From assembly GCA_964558645.1 (NCBI GenBank), contig CAZLEV010000001.1:381568-445567 (forward strand): DNA of 64,000 nucleotides. Direction: 5' to 3'. Positions 46,646-55,728 of the stretch are shown one piece after another. The notes beneath the pieces are model-generated. The model was not told the origin of the DNA, did not search any database, and saw nothing but the letters and a program-made list of their open reading frames with translations. The position numbers and the translations under genes were made by a program. Numbering within the stretch: the stretch's first letter is position 1; every line of letters starts with the position of its first letter. Origin of the DNA: an uncultured archaeon (GTDB taxonomy: Archaea > Asgardarchaeota > Thorarchaeia > Thorarchaeales > Thorarchaeaceae).

Positions 46646-47004
46646 GCACGCTCAATGACTGGAGAAACGCGCCGGTGGCGAACCAGTAGCTTTAACTACA
46701 CGCGAGTCCCCGGTTATTTCCGGGCACACGAGGACGATGGGTCGACTGTGTACTTTGGCGTGCGGTGCCAGTCTTGCATAGGTTCTCAAAATAGGCCTGT
46801 GGAGTGCAACGTGCAATTACTATTAGGTGGTGGCGCGGCAAGCGTTGCATTGCCCGGACTTGTGTGCCCACCTCATTCTTCTGATAGCCTACTATTAACA
46901 CGTTGATAGAGCATGACTATAGGGTTCACTGGTGCGTGTGGATGCTCACGGTTTAGACGGGCCACGTCTAATACTCGAGCTGCTTTCTGCGTCAATGGCA
47001 GAGA
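46646..47004 (+). ncRNA. Candidate large structured non-coding RNA of unknown family
   Basis: Many helices with plus-strand G-U pairs: 46722-32/46859-69, 46804-12/46842-50, 46777-83/46795-801, 46953-59/46965-71, 46984-90/46998-47004, 46646-51/46934-39. No convincing protein. Confidence 0.45.
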
Positions 47005-47040
47005 TAAATAGGATTGGGGCACAATTTCCAGCTGAACAAC

Positions 47041-47607
47041 ATGAAGGGCAAGAAATCGTTTCACACTGGGATACCATTCCTGATGATGACACTTCTCATA
47101 GTTGTCGGTTTATTGCCTTTCACAACAGGAAAGCCTCTGGGTATCGACGCTGCCCACTCACCGAACAGACTATCGCAAGATACAATCCGTCCTGAGATCA
47201 GCAGTTGGGGGATTGAAGGGAGAGCATCTGCGGGAGAGAGTTTCGTGGCATGGGCCAATGTGACCGACTATCAATCAGCTGTCAGGAATGTGTCCTTGAT
47301 TCTGAACTCGGATAACGGAACTGTGAGAACCGTGGAGATCTATCCCCTGTTCGACAACGGCACTCTATACGTGAGGCAGATTCCCGGTCTCCCTGCAAAC
47401 CGAACATACCTGCTTCGTGTGCTTGCGTTTGATCTGGCCAACAACTCCGCCATAAGCTACTCGAGGACTATCAACAGGTATCCAAGTCCTGATCCCCCGA
47501 TAGACCCCAATGTCACCATGCCGGTTGTTGTGACCAGCAGTCTCGTCTTATTTGCGATCGTATCGCTGCTTGCTTATGTGTACGACAGGCGGCAACACAA
47601 TAGTTAG
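47041..47607 (+). CDS. Secreted, membrane-anchored protein with one Ig/FN3-like domain
   Basis: Signal peptide from ATG 47041, DTIRPEISSWG...WANVTD..SAVRNVS...AFDLANN, C-terminal TM with RR. Confidence 0.82.
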   Translation: MKGKKSFHTGIPFLMMTLLIVVGLLPFTTGKPLGIDAAHSPNRLSQDTIRPEISSWGIEGRASAGESFVAWANVTDYQSAVRNVSLILNSDNGTVRTVEIYPLFDNGTLYVRQIPGLPANRTYLLRVLAFDLANNSAISYSRTINRYPSPDPPIDPNVTMPVVVTSSLVLFAIVSLLAYVYDRRQHNS

Positions 47608-47700
47608 AGCATTGCCCCACCTCGTGAACTCTGGCTGTATGTATCATACATTCTCCTTATAATCGAAGACACAGGGTCTTGCTACAGGCTGTGGACGAAG

Positions 47701-50469
47701 ATGCTGAGATATGCCTTCAAGCGGGTGATCCGTGGGTACCGACTGTTTGCCGCACTGACTGTAGGTGTACTCATCGCGACTACATTCTTCGCCAGTATGA
47801 TTATTTCAGCAGACGTTCTATCACGGGAGGCTCTTACTAGCGCCCTGGCTGAAATAGACTATGATGTACGTATCAATGCCAACAACATGACTTGGACTAA
47901 CACTCAGACCCAAGAACTGAATGAACTGCTTGAGGGCCTTCCCGAGGTATCAACTGCACACCGCTATGGTCGCCTGCCATTCACATTCAATGAGACCTTA
48001 GGGCAGTCATTCAATCTGATAGGACTCGAAAGCGACTCTACGGTGTGGAATACGTTAGAGCATGTGAATGGTAGCATTGGGCTTGGAGTGAACGAGACTT
48101 GGGTAGTTGCCAGTTCTGTGAATGCCTCGGTCTTTGATATTGGCGATATAGTGGAGGTCCCGATTAGATATAGGATCACCGAATTCCCGTTCATTGAAAC
48201 AGTTGCACTGAATCTCACAGTAGCAGGGTTTGTCGATATTCCTGAGCGGACTGCTCGGCTCTTGAACCCACCGAGAGCCATTGACCTAGGGTTTTTCTCA
48301 ATTGAGATTGGCAACTGGCGTGATTACAGCCTGCTTGTGGCCGACTGGACACTGACCTTTGAACCCATAGTCGACTGGTTTGGAGCACAAGAGAATGCAA
48401 CACAACTCGGCCTTACTCAGGGTTTCATGTGTCAATTGAACCGAGAGTTGGTCATCAATCCCTATGACTTGTCAGCCTCTTCAGCAAATGTGGGAAATGC
48501 CATTGCCAAGATCGAAGACCGGACTGTCGCCTACAACACACAGGTAACGAACCTTGTGGGGAGAACTCTTTCTCTATTGTCTTTGACATCAGGACTCCTT
48601 GTTCTTGCCTTTGTAAGCTTGGCTGCACCTGTGATATTCATGAGCTGGTACTCTTCAACGATGCTGAGTGATGTCAGCTACAATCTCAGACGACGTGAGT
48701 TTGGCCTCCTTCAGACCAAGGGCTTTCAGTCGAAGGTCATCAAACGGATGCTCGTTTTTGAGGGCCTGATAATCGGACTCATCGGAGGTATAGCAGGCCT
48801 CTCACTGGGGACCATCCTTGCACATGTGATTGTGGATGTGGCGCTGGACAATTTCCTTCTCGCCATGACAGGTAACTGGGTAAATGTCTTTGCTGTCATA
48901 GGTTTCGGACTATTCATCGCCTACTGGTCCGTACGCGGTCCGGCTGACAGAGCCTCGAAGCTCGAGCCTCTGGACACTCTCAAGCAGTATGTCTATGTTG
49001 AGGAGCAAAGGGAATACAAGCGACTATTGCCCACAATTGCACTGGTACTCGGTACATACAAGATTGTTGCATGGCTTCTGGGAATCAATATGCAGACTCT
49101 CCTTGGAGCCGCTGCTGGCTCTGGTCTAATTCTGATAATCGCCATAGCACTCTGGACTCCGGTGGATGCCTTTCTGAATTTCGCAGGTCCAATCATGTTT
49201 CTCTACGGTGTAACAAAGATTCTTCTGAGAGGGTCCCAGAAGTTCCAGCAGTACGTTGTAGAGGCAGGTAGAAGATTCTTCGGAGCCTTTGGAAACTTGG
49301 CCACGAGAAATGTCAAACGCAATCCAGTGAGAAATGCGGCACTTGTGTTTGTGGTTTCCCTGATCGTGTCTTATGGCCTATTCAGTGTAGGGAGCCTGTT
49401 CTCCGAGCAGGACCGACTCAATCGGACGAATCTCTATGAGGTTGGCTCAGATGTTGCCGCCGTATTCAGCGCAGGAACAGATCTCTCTGAGATCATCGAC
49501 GATATCAATGCGATTGATGGTGTTCACGCAACTACTGTCGAGTATCATGTGTCCATGAGTTCGACCCGTGGAACAGTAATGACGCGGGGGATATCGCCAG
49601 ACAACTGGACAGACGCTGCATTCTATGAAGAGAACTGGTTTTCAGGGGACACTGTGGAAGGCATGCTACAAGAATTCGCGGGGGCGAAGATCATCCTATC
49701 TGTTGCGGTTGCAAGGCAGCTTGAACTCCGAATCGGTAATCAGATCGCGCTACGTGCTCCAGACACTGGGACCTACCATCAGATGGAGATAGTCGGACTC
49801 ATCGGTTATGTTAGTCCCATTGAAGACGTTCTGGGACAATTTGCGTTCAGTGGCTCCTATCCTTCATACGTACCCGCAGGATTCCTCAAAGATATTGGCT
49901 TGTTGCAGTATGCAGAGAGTCACGTTCTTCTGAAGACGCAAGCGAGCGTGGACGGAACATATATCGAACAGCAGATTCGTGAGATTGCTCCGGCTGTTGC
50001 TTCAACTGATTCCATGACCTCGCGGACCACTGACGCCTCGGAGAATCTTTTTCAGCTTGGCGGCACCCGGGCACGATGGGTCGGCGTGGCATTTGGCGCA
50101 GTACTAGCCATACTAGGGACGGGACTTGTCGTGGGACTGACCTTGAAGGAGAAAGAATACGAGATCACTCTCCTCGCGGTCCGCGGCTTCACAAAACGAC
50201 AGGTGCTCAAGGTCTTGACTGCTGAGGTCATGGTGATGGTGCTCTTCTCCCTGATCTTAGGGATAGGTACTGGGTTTGTTCAGCTCTTTGGGGACATCGC
50301 GAATACTACTCAGAACGCACAGACGCTTGTCGTACCTCGAGTAGTTCTGAGTCCTGTATCAGTACTGAGTATGCTCGCCATAGGACTGGCAGTTGTGGTC
50401 TCGGCCCTTGTTCCGGTGGTCTGGGCAGCACGATTCAATGAACAAAAGGTGGACGTTCTAAGAGAGTAG
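47701..50469 (+). CDS. ABC transporter permease, MacB/FtsX (type VII) family, duplicated
   Basis: Two FtsX-like halves (RRREFGLLQTKG; KEYEITLLAVRG), each with a large extracytoplasmic loop. Confidence 0.9.
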   Translation: MLRYAFKRVIRGYRLFAALTVGVLIATTFFASMIISADVLSREALTSALAEIDYDVRINANNMTWTNTQTQELNELLEGLPEVSTAHRYGRLPFTFNETLGQSFNLIGLESDSTVWNTLEHVNGSIGLGVNETWVVASSVNASVFDIGDIVEVPIRYRITEFPFIETVALNLTVAGFVDIPERTARLLNPPRAIDLGFFSIEIGNWRDYSLLVADWTLTFEPIVDWFGAQENATQLGLTQGFMCQLNRELVINPYDLSASSANVGNAIAKIEDRTVAYNTQVTNLVGRTLSLLSLTSGLLVLAFVSLAAPVIFMSWYSSTMLSDVSYNLRRREFGLLQTKGFQSKVIKRMLVFEGLIIGLIGGIAGLSLGTILAHVIVDVALDNFLLAMTGNWVNVFAVIGFGLFIAYWSVRGPADRASKLEPLDTLKQYVYVEEQREYKRLLPTIALVLGTYKIVAWLLGINMQTLLGAAAGSGLILIIAIALWTPVDAFLNFAGPIMFLYGVTKILLRGSQKFQQYVVEAGRRFFGAFGNLATRNVKRNPVRNAALVFVVSLIVSYGLFSVGSLFSEQDRLNRTNLYEVGSDVAAVFSAGTDLSEIIDDINAIDGVHATTVEYHVSMSSTRGTVMTRGISPDNWTDAAFYEENWFSGDTVEGMLQEFAGAKIILSVAVARQLELRIGNQIALRAPDTGTYHQMEIVGLIGYVSPIEDVLGQFAFSGSYPSYVPAGFLKDIGLLQYAESHVLLKTQASVDGTYIEQQIREIAPAVASTDSMTSRTTDASENLFQLGGTRARWVGVAFGAVLAILGTGLVVGLTLKEKEYEITLLAVRGFTKRQVLKVLTAEVMVMVLFSLILGIGTGFVQLFGDIANTTQNAQTLVVPRVVLSPVSVLSMLAIGLAVVVSALVPVVWAARFNEQKVDVLRE

Positions 50470-51360
50470 ATGAATATGGTATCTTACATAGAAACGAAGG
50501 ACTTGGTTAAGGTCTATCGGCTTGGTGAAGTGGAAGTACAGGCCTTACGAGGGCTGTCCATGAAGATTGAGCAGGGCGAGATGGTTTCGATTGTCGGACC
50601 TAGTGGTTCAGGGAAGACTACGCTTCTCAACATCATAGGCGGGTTGACAGGTGCCACGGCAGGACAGAGTTGGGTTGCGGGTCGAGAAATCACGAATGCC
50701 AGTCCTGCCCAGCTTGGAATCATGCGCCAGAAGGTGGTCGGTCACATATTCCAGACGCTCAACCTCATCCCGACCCTTACCGCATATGAGAACGTGGAAC
50801 TTCCTATGCTTGCAGTCAAGACCCCTACCGGTGAACGAAAGATACGAGTGAAGGAGCTTCTTGAGACCGTGGGTCTAGGTCTGCGGATGAACCACAAACC
50901 GGACGAGCTCAGCGGTGGCGAGAAACAACGGGTGGCAATTGCTGCAGCTCTGGCCAACGACCCGCCAATCCTCATCTGTGACGAGCCTACTGGAGACCTC
51001 GACACGGATACTGGTGCCATGATAATCGAGTTTCTGCATAGAGTGAACAAGGAGATGGGTAAGACAATCATAATCGTGACCCACGACCCGGCTCAGGCCA
51101 GACAGACTGACAGAATCTACAGAATCATGGATGGCCGTATCATTTCGGTCCAGAAACCGAGCGAATCAGAAGAGGCAAATGCTGCGATGAGGGCGCAGAT
51201 GTACAAGGACAGACTGGCTGAAACCAAGGCAGAACTCACAGACCTCAACCTGATGTTTCGTGAACAGAAGATATCTCCTGAGAATTTCGCGGAGCGATAC
51301 CAGAATCTTACTCAGACGAGGCAATTCTTGGAGCAAGAGCTCCACAGAATGGGTTTCTAG
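50470..51360 (+). CDS. ABC transporter ATP-binding protein (LolD/MacB-like) with C-terminal helical extension
   Basis: GPSGSGKT, LSGGEKQR, ICDEPTGDLD, VTHD, plus ~65 extra C-terminal residues. Confidence 0.95.
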   Translation: MNMVSYIETKDLVKVYRLGEVEVQALRGLSMKIEQGEMVSIVGPSGSGKTTLLNIIGGLTGATAGQSWVAGREITNASPAQLGIMRQKVVGHIFQTLNLIPTLTAYENVELPMLAVKTPTGERKIRVKELLETVGLGLRMNHKPDELSGGEKQRVAIAAALANDPPILICDEPTGDLDTDTGAMIIEFLHRVNKEMGKTIIIVTHDPAQARQTDRIYRIMDGRIISVQKPSESEEANAAMRAQMYKDRLAETKAELTDLNLMFREQKISPENFAERYQNLTQTRQFLEQELHRMGF

Positions 51361-51499
51361 TGAGGCTGAAGTCGCACCATGCGAAACCGTGTCGATTTGG
51401 GTCAACGTCCAACAAAGATATCATCCGCAGATAACGCGAAGTTGATCTGATTGAACGGCAGTCTTCTTCAGATACGAAGAGGTGGCCCTGAGTTCTTTT

Positions 51500-51564
51500 T
51501 GTCTGACAGCGGGACTCTTCTTACGAACATGGCGCCGGCTGAGTGTTCGGTAAGAATACAGACG
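51500..51564. terminator. Long hairpin between convergent ABC ATPase and DsrE genes
   Basis: TTCTTAC-GAACAT (51518-30) / GTGTTC-G-GTAAGAA (51543-56), closed by GTCTG / CAGAC. Confidence 0.45.
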
Positions 51565-51578
51565 CATCTCTTAAGCGA

Positions 51579-51914
51579 TTACCAGACCATCGGCGTATAG
51601 CCCTTCTTGATTAGGCCTGCAATCTGAGCACCTACATAGTCAACTTCGATTCCCATGCTCTCGATCGACTCCGTTAAGTTGTCTCTGTCTGCCAGGAACT
51701 TGCAGGCAAGTGGCTCCATCTCATCAGCAAGACTCGCAGACTCTGCGGCGACTTCCGAATCTTCCACAAGGAGTCTTTCTGCGGGCCCAAAGAATATCAC
51801 TTTGACATCATCCAGCCACTCATACTTCTTGGTGTTCCTCGCATACATTAGAGCAGTAAGGACCTTGTCTCGCTCAGCTGATGCTATGATGACAAGAATC
51901 TTGTTGTTCGACAT
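51579..51914 (-). CDS. DsrE/DsrF-like protein
   Basis: KILVII, VKVIFFGP, LACK (conserved Cys), GYTPMVW. Start trimmed to ATG 51914. Confidence 0.85.
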   Translation of the reverse strand: MSNNKILVIIASAERDKVLTALMYARNTKKYEWLDDVKVIFFGPAERLLVEDSEVAAESASLADEMEPLACKFLADRDNLTESIESMGIEVDYVGAQIAGLIKKGYTPMVW

Positions 51915-52103
51915 GTTAATCACTAGAGACCCCATTCAGACACAGATAAACGTCGTCATGGGGGTGTTCTATAGAAGCAAGAGAAAGCTGATGGCATGCG
52001 TATTCTGACGCGTATAACGGATTCCTTGACTCAATTTCCACATTTGCTGAATACTCGATACCCTTTTCTTGAAGCCAGTACCACGAGGTCTGAGTGGTCA
52101 AGA

Positions 52104-52973
52104 ATGCGAACTCCTATCGTTGTTGTCCATGGCGGAGCAACTGAGTTTGAAGAAGAAAGCCATGAGGCAATCATTGCAGCAGTCGAGAAGGCTGCTCGGA
52201 TCGGATACTGCACCATGGGAAACGGGGGTTCAGCGCTGGACGCTGTTGAGGCCGCAATCTGGCAGCTGGAAGAAACCACATTGTTTACCGCGGGTCGGGG
52301 TGCCAAACCCAACGCTGATGGCGAGATTGAGCTTGATGCAATGATAATGGATGGTAACCGTCTGCAGAGTGGAGCCGTGATGGCAATCAAGGGTATCGTT
52401 CACCCCATCTCTCTTGCTCGGTACATCTTGGAACGCACGAACAACTCTCAATTCGCATCGGGAGGTGCCAAGCGTATCTATGACAAGATGGTTCACGAAG
52501 GATATAGGCAACGGAGTGATGTTGATTCTACTCTTCCCCCGCTGGTTTCTCAGGGTTGTGATACGGTCGGTGCAGTAGCCGTAGACCTGTCAGGCCGGAT
52601 TGTGGGAGGTTCATCCACTAGCGGCTGGACAGGGAAGCTTCCTGGACGGATAGGCGATTCGCCCATAATTGGAGCGGGTGTGTACGCCAACGATGTTGCT
52701 GCGGCCAGTTGCACAGGTAGAGGAGAACAGATACTTCGTATAGTGATGGCTCGCATGGCTGTGTACCATGTCGAATCGGGGAAGGACGTCCAACAGGCAG
52801 TTGACACAGTCATGAGGGAACTCAGGGAGAAGACTAGTGGCGAGGCCGGTCTGATTATGGTTGACCGGAACGGAGAAGTAGGTCTTGGATTCGATACCAA
52901 GCACATGCCCGTGGCAATCAACGGCGGGGATAGGCTTCGAGCATACTCGTCTATGCAGCCCGAACGGCCATAA
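52104..52973 (+). CDS. Isoaspartyl peptidase / L-asparaginase (Ntn hydrolase)
   Basis: VVHGGA, ELDAMIMDG, autoproteolysis site D|TVGAVA, STSG, GRIGDSP..GAG.YA, TGRGE. Start trimmed to ATG 52104. Confidence 0.93.
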   Translation: MRTPIVVVHGGATEFEEESHEAIIAAVEKAARIGYCTMGNGGSALDAVEAAIWQLEETTLFTAGRGAKPNADGEIELDAMIMDGNRLQSGAVMAIKGIVHPISLARYILERTNNSQFASGGAKRIYDKMVHEGYRQRSDVDSTLPPLVSQGCDTVGAVAVDLSGRIVGGSSTSGWTGKLPGRIGDSPIIGAGVYANDVAAASCTGRGEQILRIVMARMAVYHVESGKDVQQAVDTVMRELREKTSGEAGLIMVDRNGEVGLGFDTKHMPVAINGGDRLRAYSSMQPERP

Positions 52974-53048
52974 CAGTGACTCGCGGCTGTTGACTCTTGC
53001 ACCAGAGAACTTTTGAGGGCAACTTCAACTATGATAGTAGTTTCAGAA

Positions 53049-53471
53049 ATGGAAGTGACACTAGTGAGTCCAAGAGATCGTGAAGCAGTTGAAGCCTGTC
53101 CTGTATTCGAGACCTCTCAGATCCTCGGCAAGAAATGGGCAATACTTGTTCTCCAGACGCTGATGACGCCCGAGGCTGATGATGGTTTGAGATTTAACGA
53201 GATACAGAAGGAGCTGAGCTGGGTGAGTCCGAAGGTCTTAACACAGCGGCTCCGGGAGTTTGAAGACGAAGCGATTCTATTGAGAGATGTAGACGCCTCA
53301 GAGGTTCCCGTCAAAGTATCGTACTCACTTACTGCAAAGGGGCGGGATCTTCTTCCAGTTGTTGAGGCAATGCAGAAATGGGGAATGAAGCACGGCAAGA
53401 CGGAGACTTCCCAATGTCTCGGGAATGGACTAAGAAGCTGTTATGGTTGCCATGCAACAGCTGAAAAATAG
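53049..53471 (+). CDS. HxlR-family winged-helix transcriptional regulator
   Basis: CPV...ILGKKW...RFNEI..SPKVLTQRLRE...V.YSLT.KG. Cys-rich C-terminus. Exact start uncertain. Confidence 0.9.
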   Translation: MEVTLVSPRDREAVEACPVFETSQILGKKWAILVLQTLMTPEADDGLRFNEIQKELSWVSPKVLTQRLREFEDEAILLRDVDASEVPVKVSYSLTAKGRDLLPVVEAMQKWGMKHGKTETSQCLGNGLRSCYGCHATAEK

Positions 53472-53475
53472 GGCC

Positions 53476-53961
53476 CTAGTTCTCGCTGTCCTTGATAATC
53501 TTCAGGATCTCTTCTTCGACTGTAGGGGTCATTTTGGGTCTAGTCTTGATCCTTCCCACTTCTTCTCCTGACTTCTTGAATACGATTATCGTCGGGCTGC
53601 TGGTGATCTCGAATATATCCACTTCCCTAGGACTCGGCGGGACTGCCCAGTACTTGTCTGAACCGGGCGGAGGCTTCTGCATGCCTCCGAGTGCTCGAAC
53701 TTCTATATCGATTTCTTTTTCCAGGAGAGACAGCACAGGAACAGCTCGTCGTGCATCTCCACACCAATCTGCAAACACAGCTACGATGACATAGTCATCA
53801 GCATACTTCCTCAGTTCTTCAACGACGTCGTCCTTCAACTCGTAGCTCTGGGCAAAACGAACAAAACCTCCCCTATACACTGGGGTCATCTCTTCTATGT
53901 ACTGCTCACATCTAGGGCAGTCGTCTGTAACTTCGTTTAGTGTCGGCATCTTACTCACCAT
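53476..53961 (-). CDS. Thioredoxin-fold protein (monothiol WCGDA)
   Basis: FADWCGDA...VP, cis-Pro SPT, GEEVGRI. Extra N-terminal CPRC. Confidence 0.85.
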   Translation of the reverse strand: MVSKMPTLNEVTDDCPRCEQYIEEMTPVYRGGFVRFAQSYELKDDVVEELRKYADDYVIVAVFADWCGDARRAVPVLSLLEKEIDIEVRALGGMQKPPPGSDKYWAVPPSPREVDIFEITSSPTIIVFKKSGEEVGRIKTRPKMTPTVEEEILKIIKDSEN

Positions 53962-54033
53962 CGCATGCTCTGTTCAGTTTCATGGTCAATATCCATAAGG
54001 TGTTTGCGCAAGAGGTATTCTGGTTTCGTTACC

Positions 54034-54516
54034 TTAGTCTGGAGGGCACACGATATCAGTTCCCTTCTCGCCTTTCCTTGATTGAAGAGGGAGCTGTTTC
54101 ACCATTGTGATCACACTCTCCAGATTTCTCTCATGTTTCTTTTCGTCTTCTGCGAGGTGTTCCAGGAGGAACTTGCCTATCGGGTCATCCATTTGTTTGG
54201 CGGCCTCAGCAGAAAGCTTTGCCATGGCAGTTTCTTTGCTCATCAGCGAACGCATCTTCCTTTCCATCTTCACACGGTCAACGTATCGCTGGACCTTGGC
54301 ACTCCATTCGTCACACGGAGTAGTTGTTAGAGTTTCGATTACCCCCTCAAGAAACTTGACATGCTTCCACGTGTCTAGCCTGAGATCTAGATAGACTAGT
54401 CTTACTGCGGTTTCTCCTGCTTGGTTCTCGAGCTCCGCAAGCTCCTCTAATGCCTTGTTCTCTATGTCTATCTGATCCCTTAGTGTATTGATGAGCATAG
54501 TAGTATCACTTACCAT
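54034..54516 (-). CDS. Ferritin-like four-helix-bundle protein
   Basis: Duplicated helix pairs with IE...DTWKH and KE...DEKKHE di-metal-type motifs. Confidence 0.75.
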   Translation of the reverse strand: MVSDTTMLINTLRDQIDIENKALEELAELENQAGETAVRLVYLDLRLDTWKHVKFLEGVIETLTTTPCDEWSAKVQRYVDRVKMERKMRSLMSKETAMAKLSAEAAKQMDDPIGKFLLEHLAEDEKKHERNLESVITMVKQLPLQSRKGEKGTDIVCPPD

Positions 54517-54633
54517 TCTGCTAAACTCCTAATCATAAGTCTTGTTCTCTATTGTTAAGTAACTATATTTAAGTCTATCGTAGACCCGAGGCTGTACATG
54601 GTGTGTACATCATGAAACCATGGATCGAAGCAT

Positions 54634-55641
54634 CTAGTCGAGATGAAGAGGCGACCTGCACTCTGGATGATCGAAAATCTTCTCGCTTTCATATTTGTTG
54701 CCGAGGAACTGATTAATCATGAGTGCTGCGTAGTTGCCAGTACCTGTTGCCATCGACACTTGCTGGGTGATTGGCCTGCAATCTCCTGCGGCCCAAACTC
54801 CCTCTACGTTTGTCTTTCCTCTGTGGTCTGTGACGATATTGCCTCTCTGGTCAACCTCAACGCCAATCTGTTGTGCCACTTCTGACCGTGGTTCGGCAAC
54901 AAAACCAACGAAGAAAACGTTACATCGAATCCTCTCTCCTGATTCCAGTGTGAGACTCTGAACCTTGCCAGGCCTTGGGAAAGATATCTCCTTGATCTTC
55001 CCTCTGAGCCACTCGTACGGCGAGTCGTCCAGCCGGGATAGGTCTTGCTGGTCGATCGGCATGTATGCATCTTCAGTCATCAAGATTCGAACATCCTTTG
55101 TGAATCGACTGAGTGAGTGGGCTACATGAAGTGCACTACCAACAGTTCCGGCGTTGACCACTAGTACATCCTTTCCCTTGCAGAGAGGCGCCTCGCAATC
55201 CGGACAGTAGTAGGCCGCATTGCCCACATTGGCAACCGGCAACCATTTCCTCCACATTCCATCCACCCTGGGATGTTTCCGAGCCGTGCCTGTTGCAAAG
55301 ATGAGCGTTTTGGCCTTGTACTCTGACTGATCAGAAGTCCTATAGCTTCTATCTGTCTGCACAACGAATTCGGGATACTTGCCCTTGACTTCAGCGACAT
55401 TGCCCTCTTTGAACTCTGCCCCAGATGACTTGGCCACTCCCTGCAATTGCCGGAGGAGAGTCCTTCCCTCATAGTATGTCGGGCCAGCGGGGAAGTTCAT
55501 GATTGTATTAGTGTGATAATGCATCGGGCTTGTTCCACGGTCCAAGACCAAGACAGAACGATGATGATAGGCCAGATGAAGTGCGCCAGCAGCTCCTGCT
55601 GGTCCTCCGCCAACGATGATGGTGTCGTAGAAATCAGTCAT
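54634..55641 (-). CDS. Thioredoxin-reductase-like FAD disulfide oxidoreductase
   Basis: GGGPAG FAD motif, ATG motif, redox CPDC, TNVEGVWAAGD. Confidence 0.88.
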   Translation of the reverse strand: MTDFYDTIIVGGGPAGAAGALHLAYHHRSVLVLDRGTSPMHYHTNTIMNFPAGPTYYEGRTLLRQLQGVAKSSGAEFKEGNVAEVKGKYPEFVVQTDRSYRTSDQSEYKAKTLIFATGTARKHPRVDGMWRKWLPVANVGNAAYYCPDCEAPLCKGKDVLVVNAGTVGSALHVAHSLSRFTKDVRILMTEDAYMPIDQQDLSRLDDSPYEWLRGKIKEISFPRPGKVQSLTLESGERIRCNVFFVGFVAEPRSEVAQQIGVEVDQRGNIVTDHRGKTNVEGVWAAGDCRPITQQVSMATGTGNYAALMINQFLGNKYESEKIFDHPECRSPLHLD

Positions 55642-55728
55642 GAGCTAATACCCGTTATAGGTGTCACTGCCTCCGTCTTAAAACTCTATGCGAGCTTCAA
55701 AAAGAGAACGAAGGTTGTGATTGCAGCT

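Noticed and set aside
46655-46906. 83-aa ORF MTGETRRW... as a protein gene
   Set aside because: No recognisable family and the region is better explained by RNA pairing. Kept only as the alternative hypothesis.
46646-46940. SRP RNA or RNase P RNA identity for the structured region
   Set aside because: Size fits, but there is no SRP helix-8 GGAA/AGCAG motif and no RNase P GAGGAAnnUCC plus ACAnAA pair on either strand. Minus-strand AAGTCCGGGC lacks the preceding GAGGA.
53740-53775. Selenocysteine recoding in the thioredoxin active site
   Set aside because: Codons read TGG TGT GGA GAT GCA, with no in-frame TGA.
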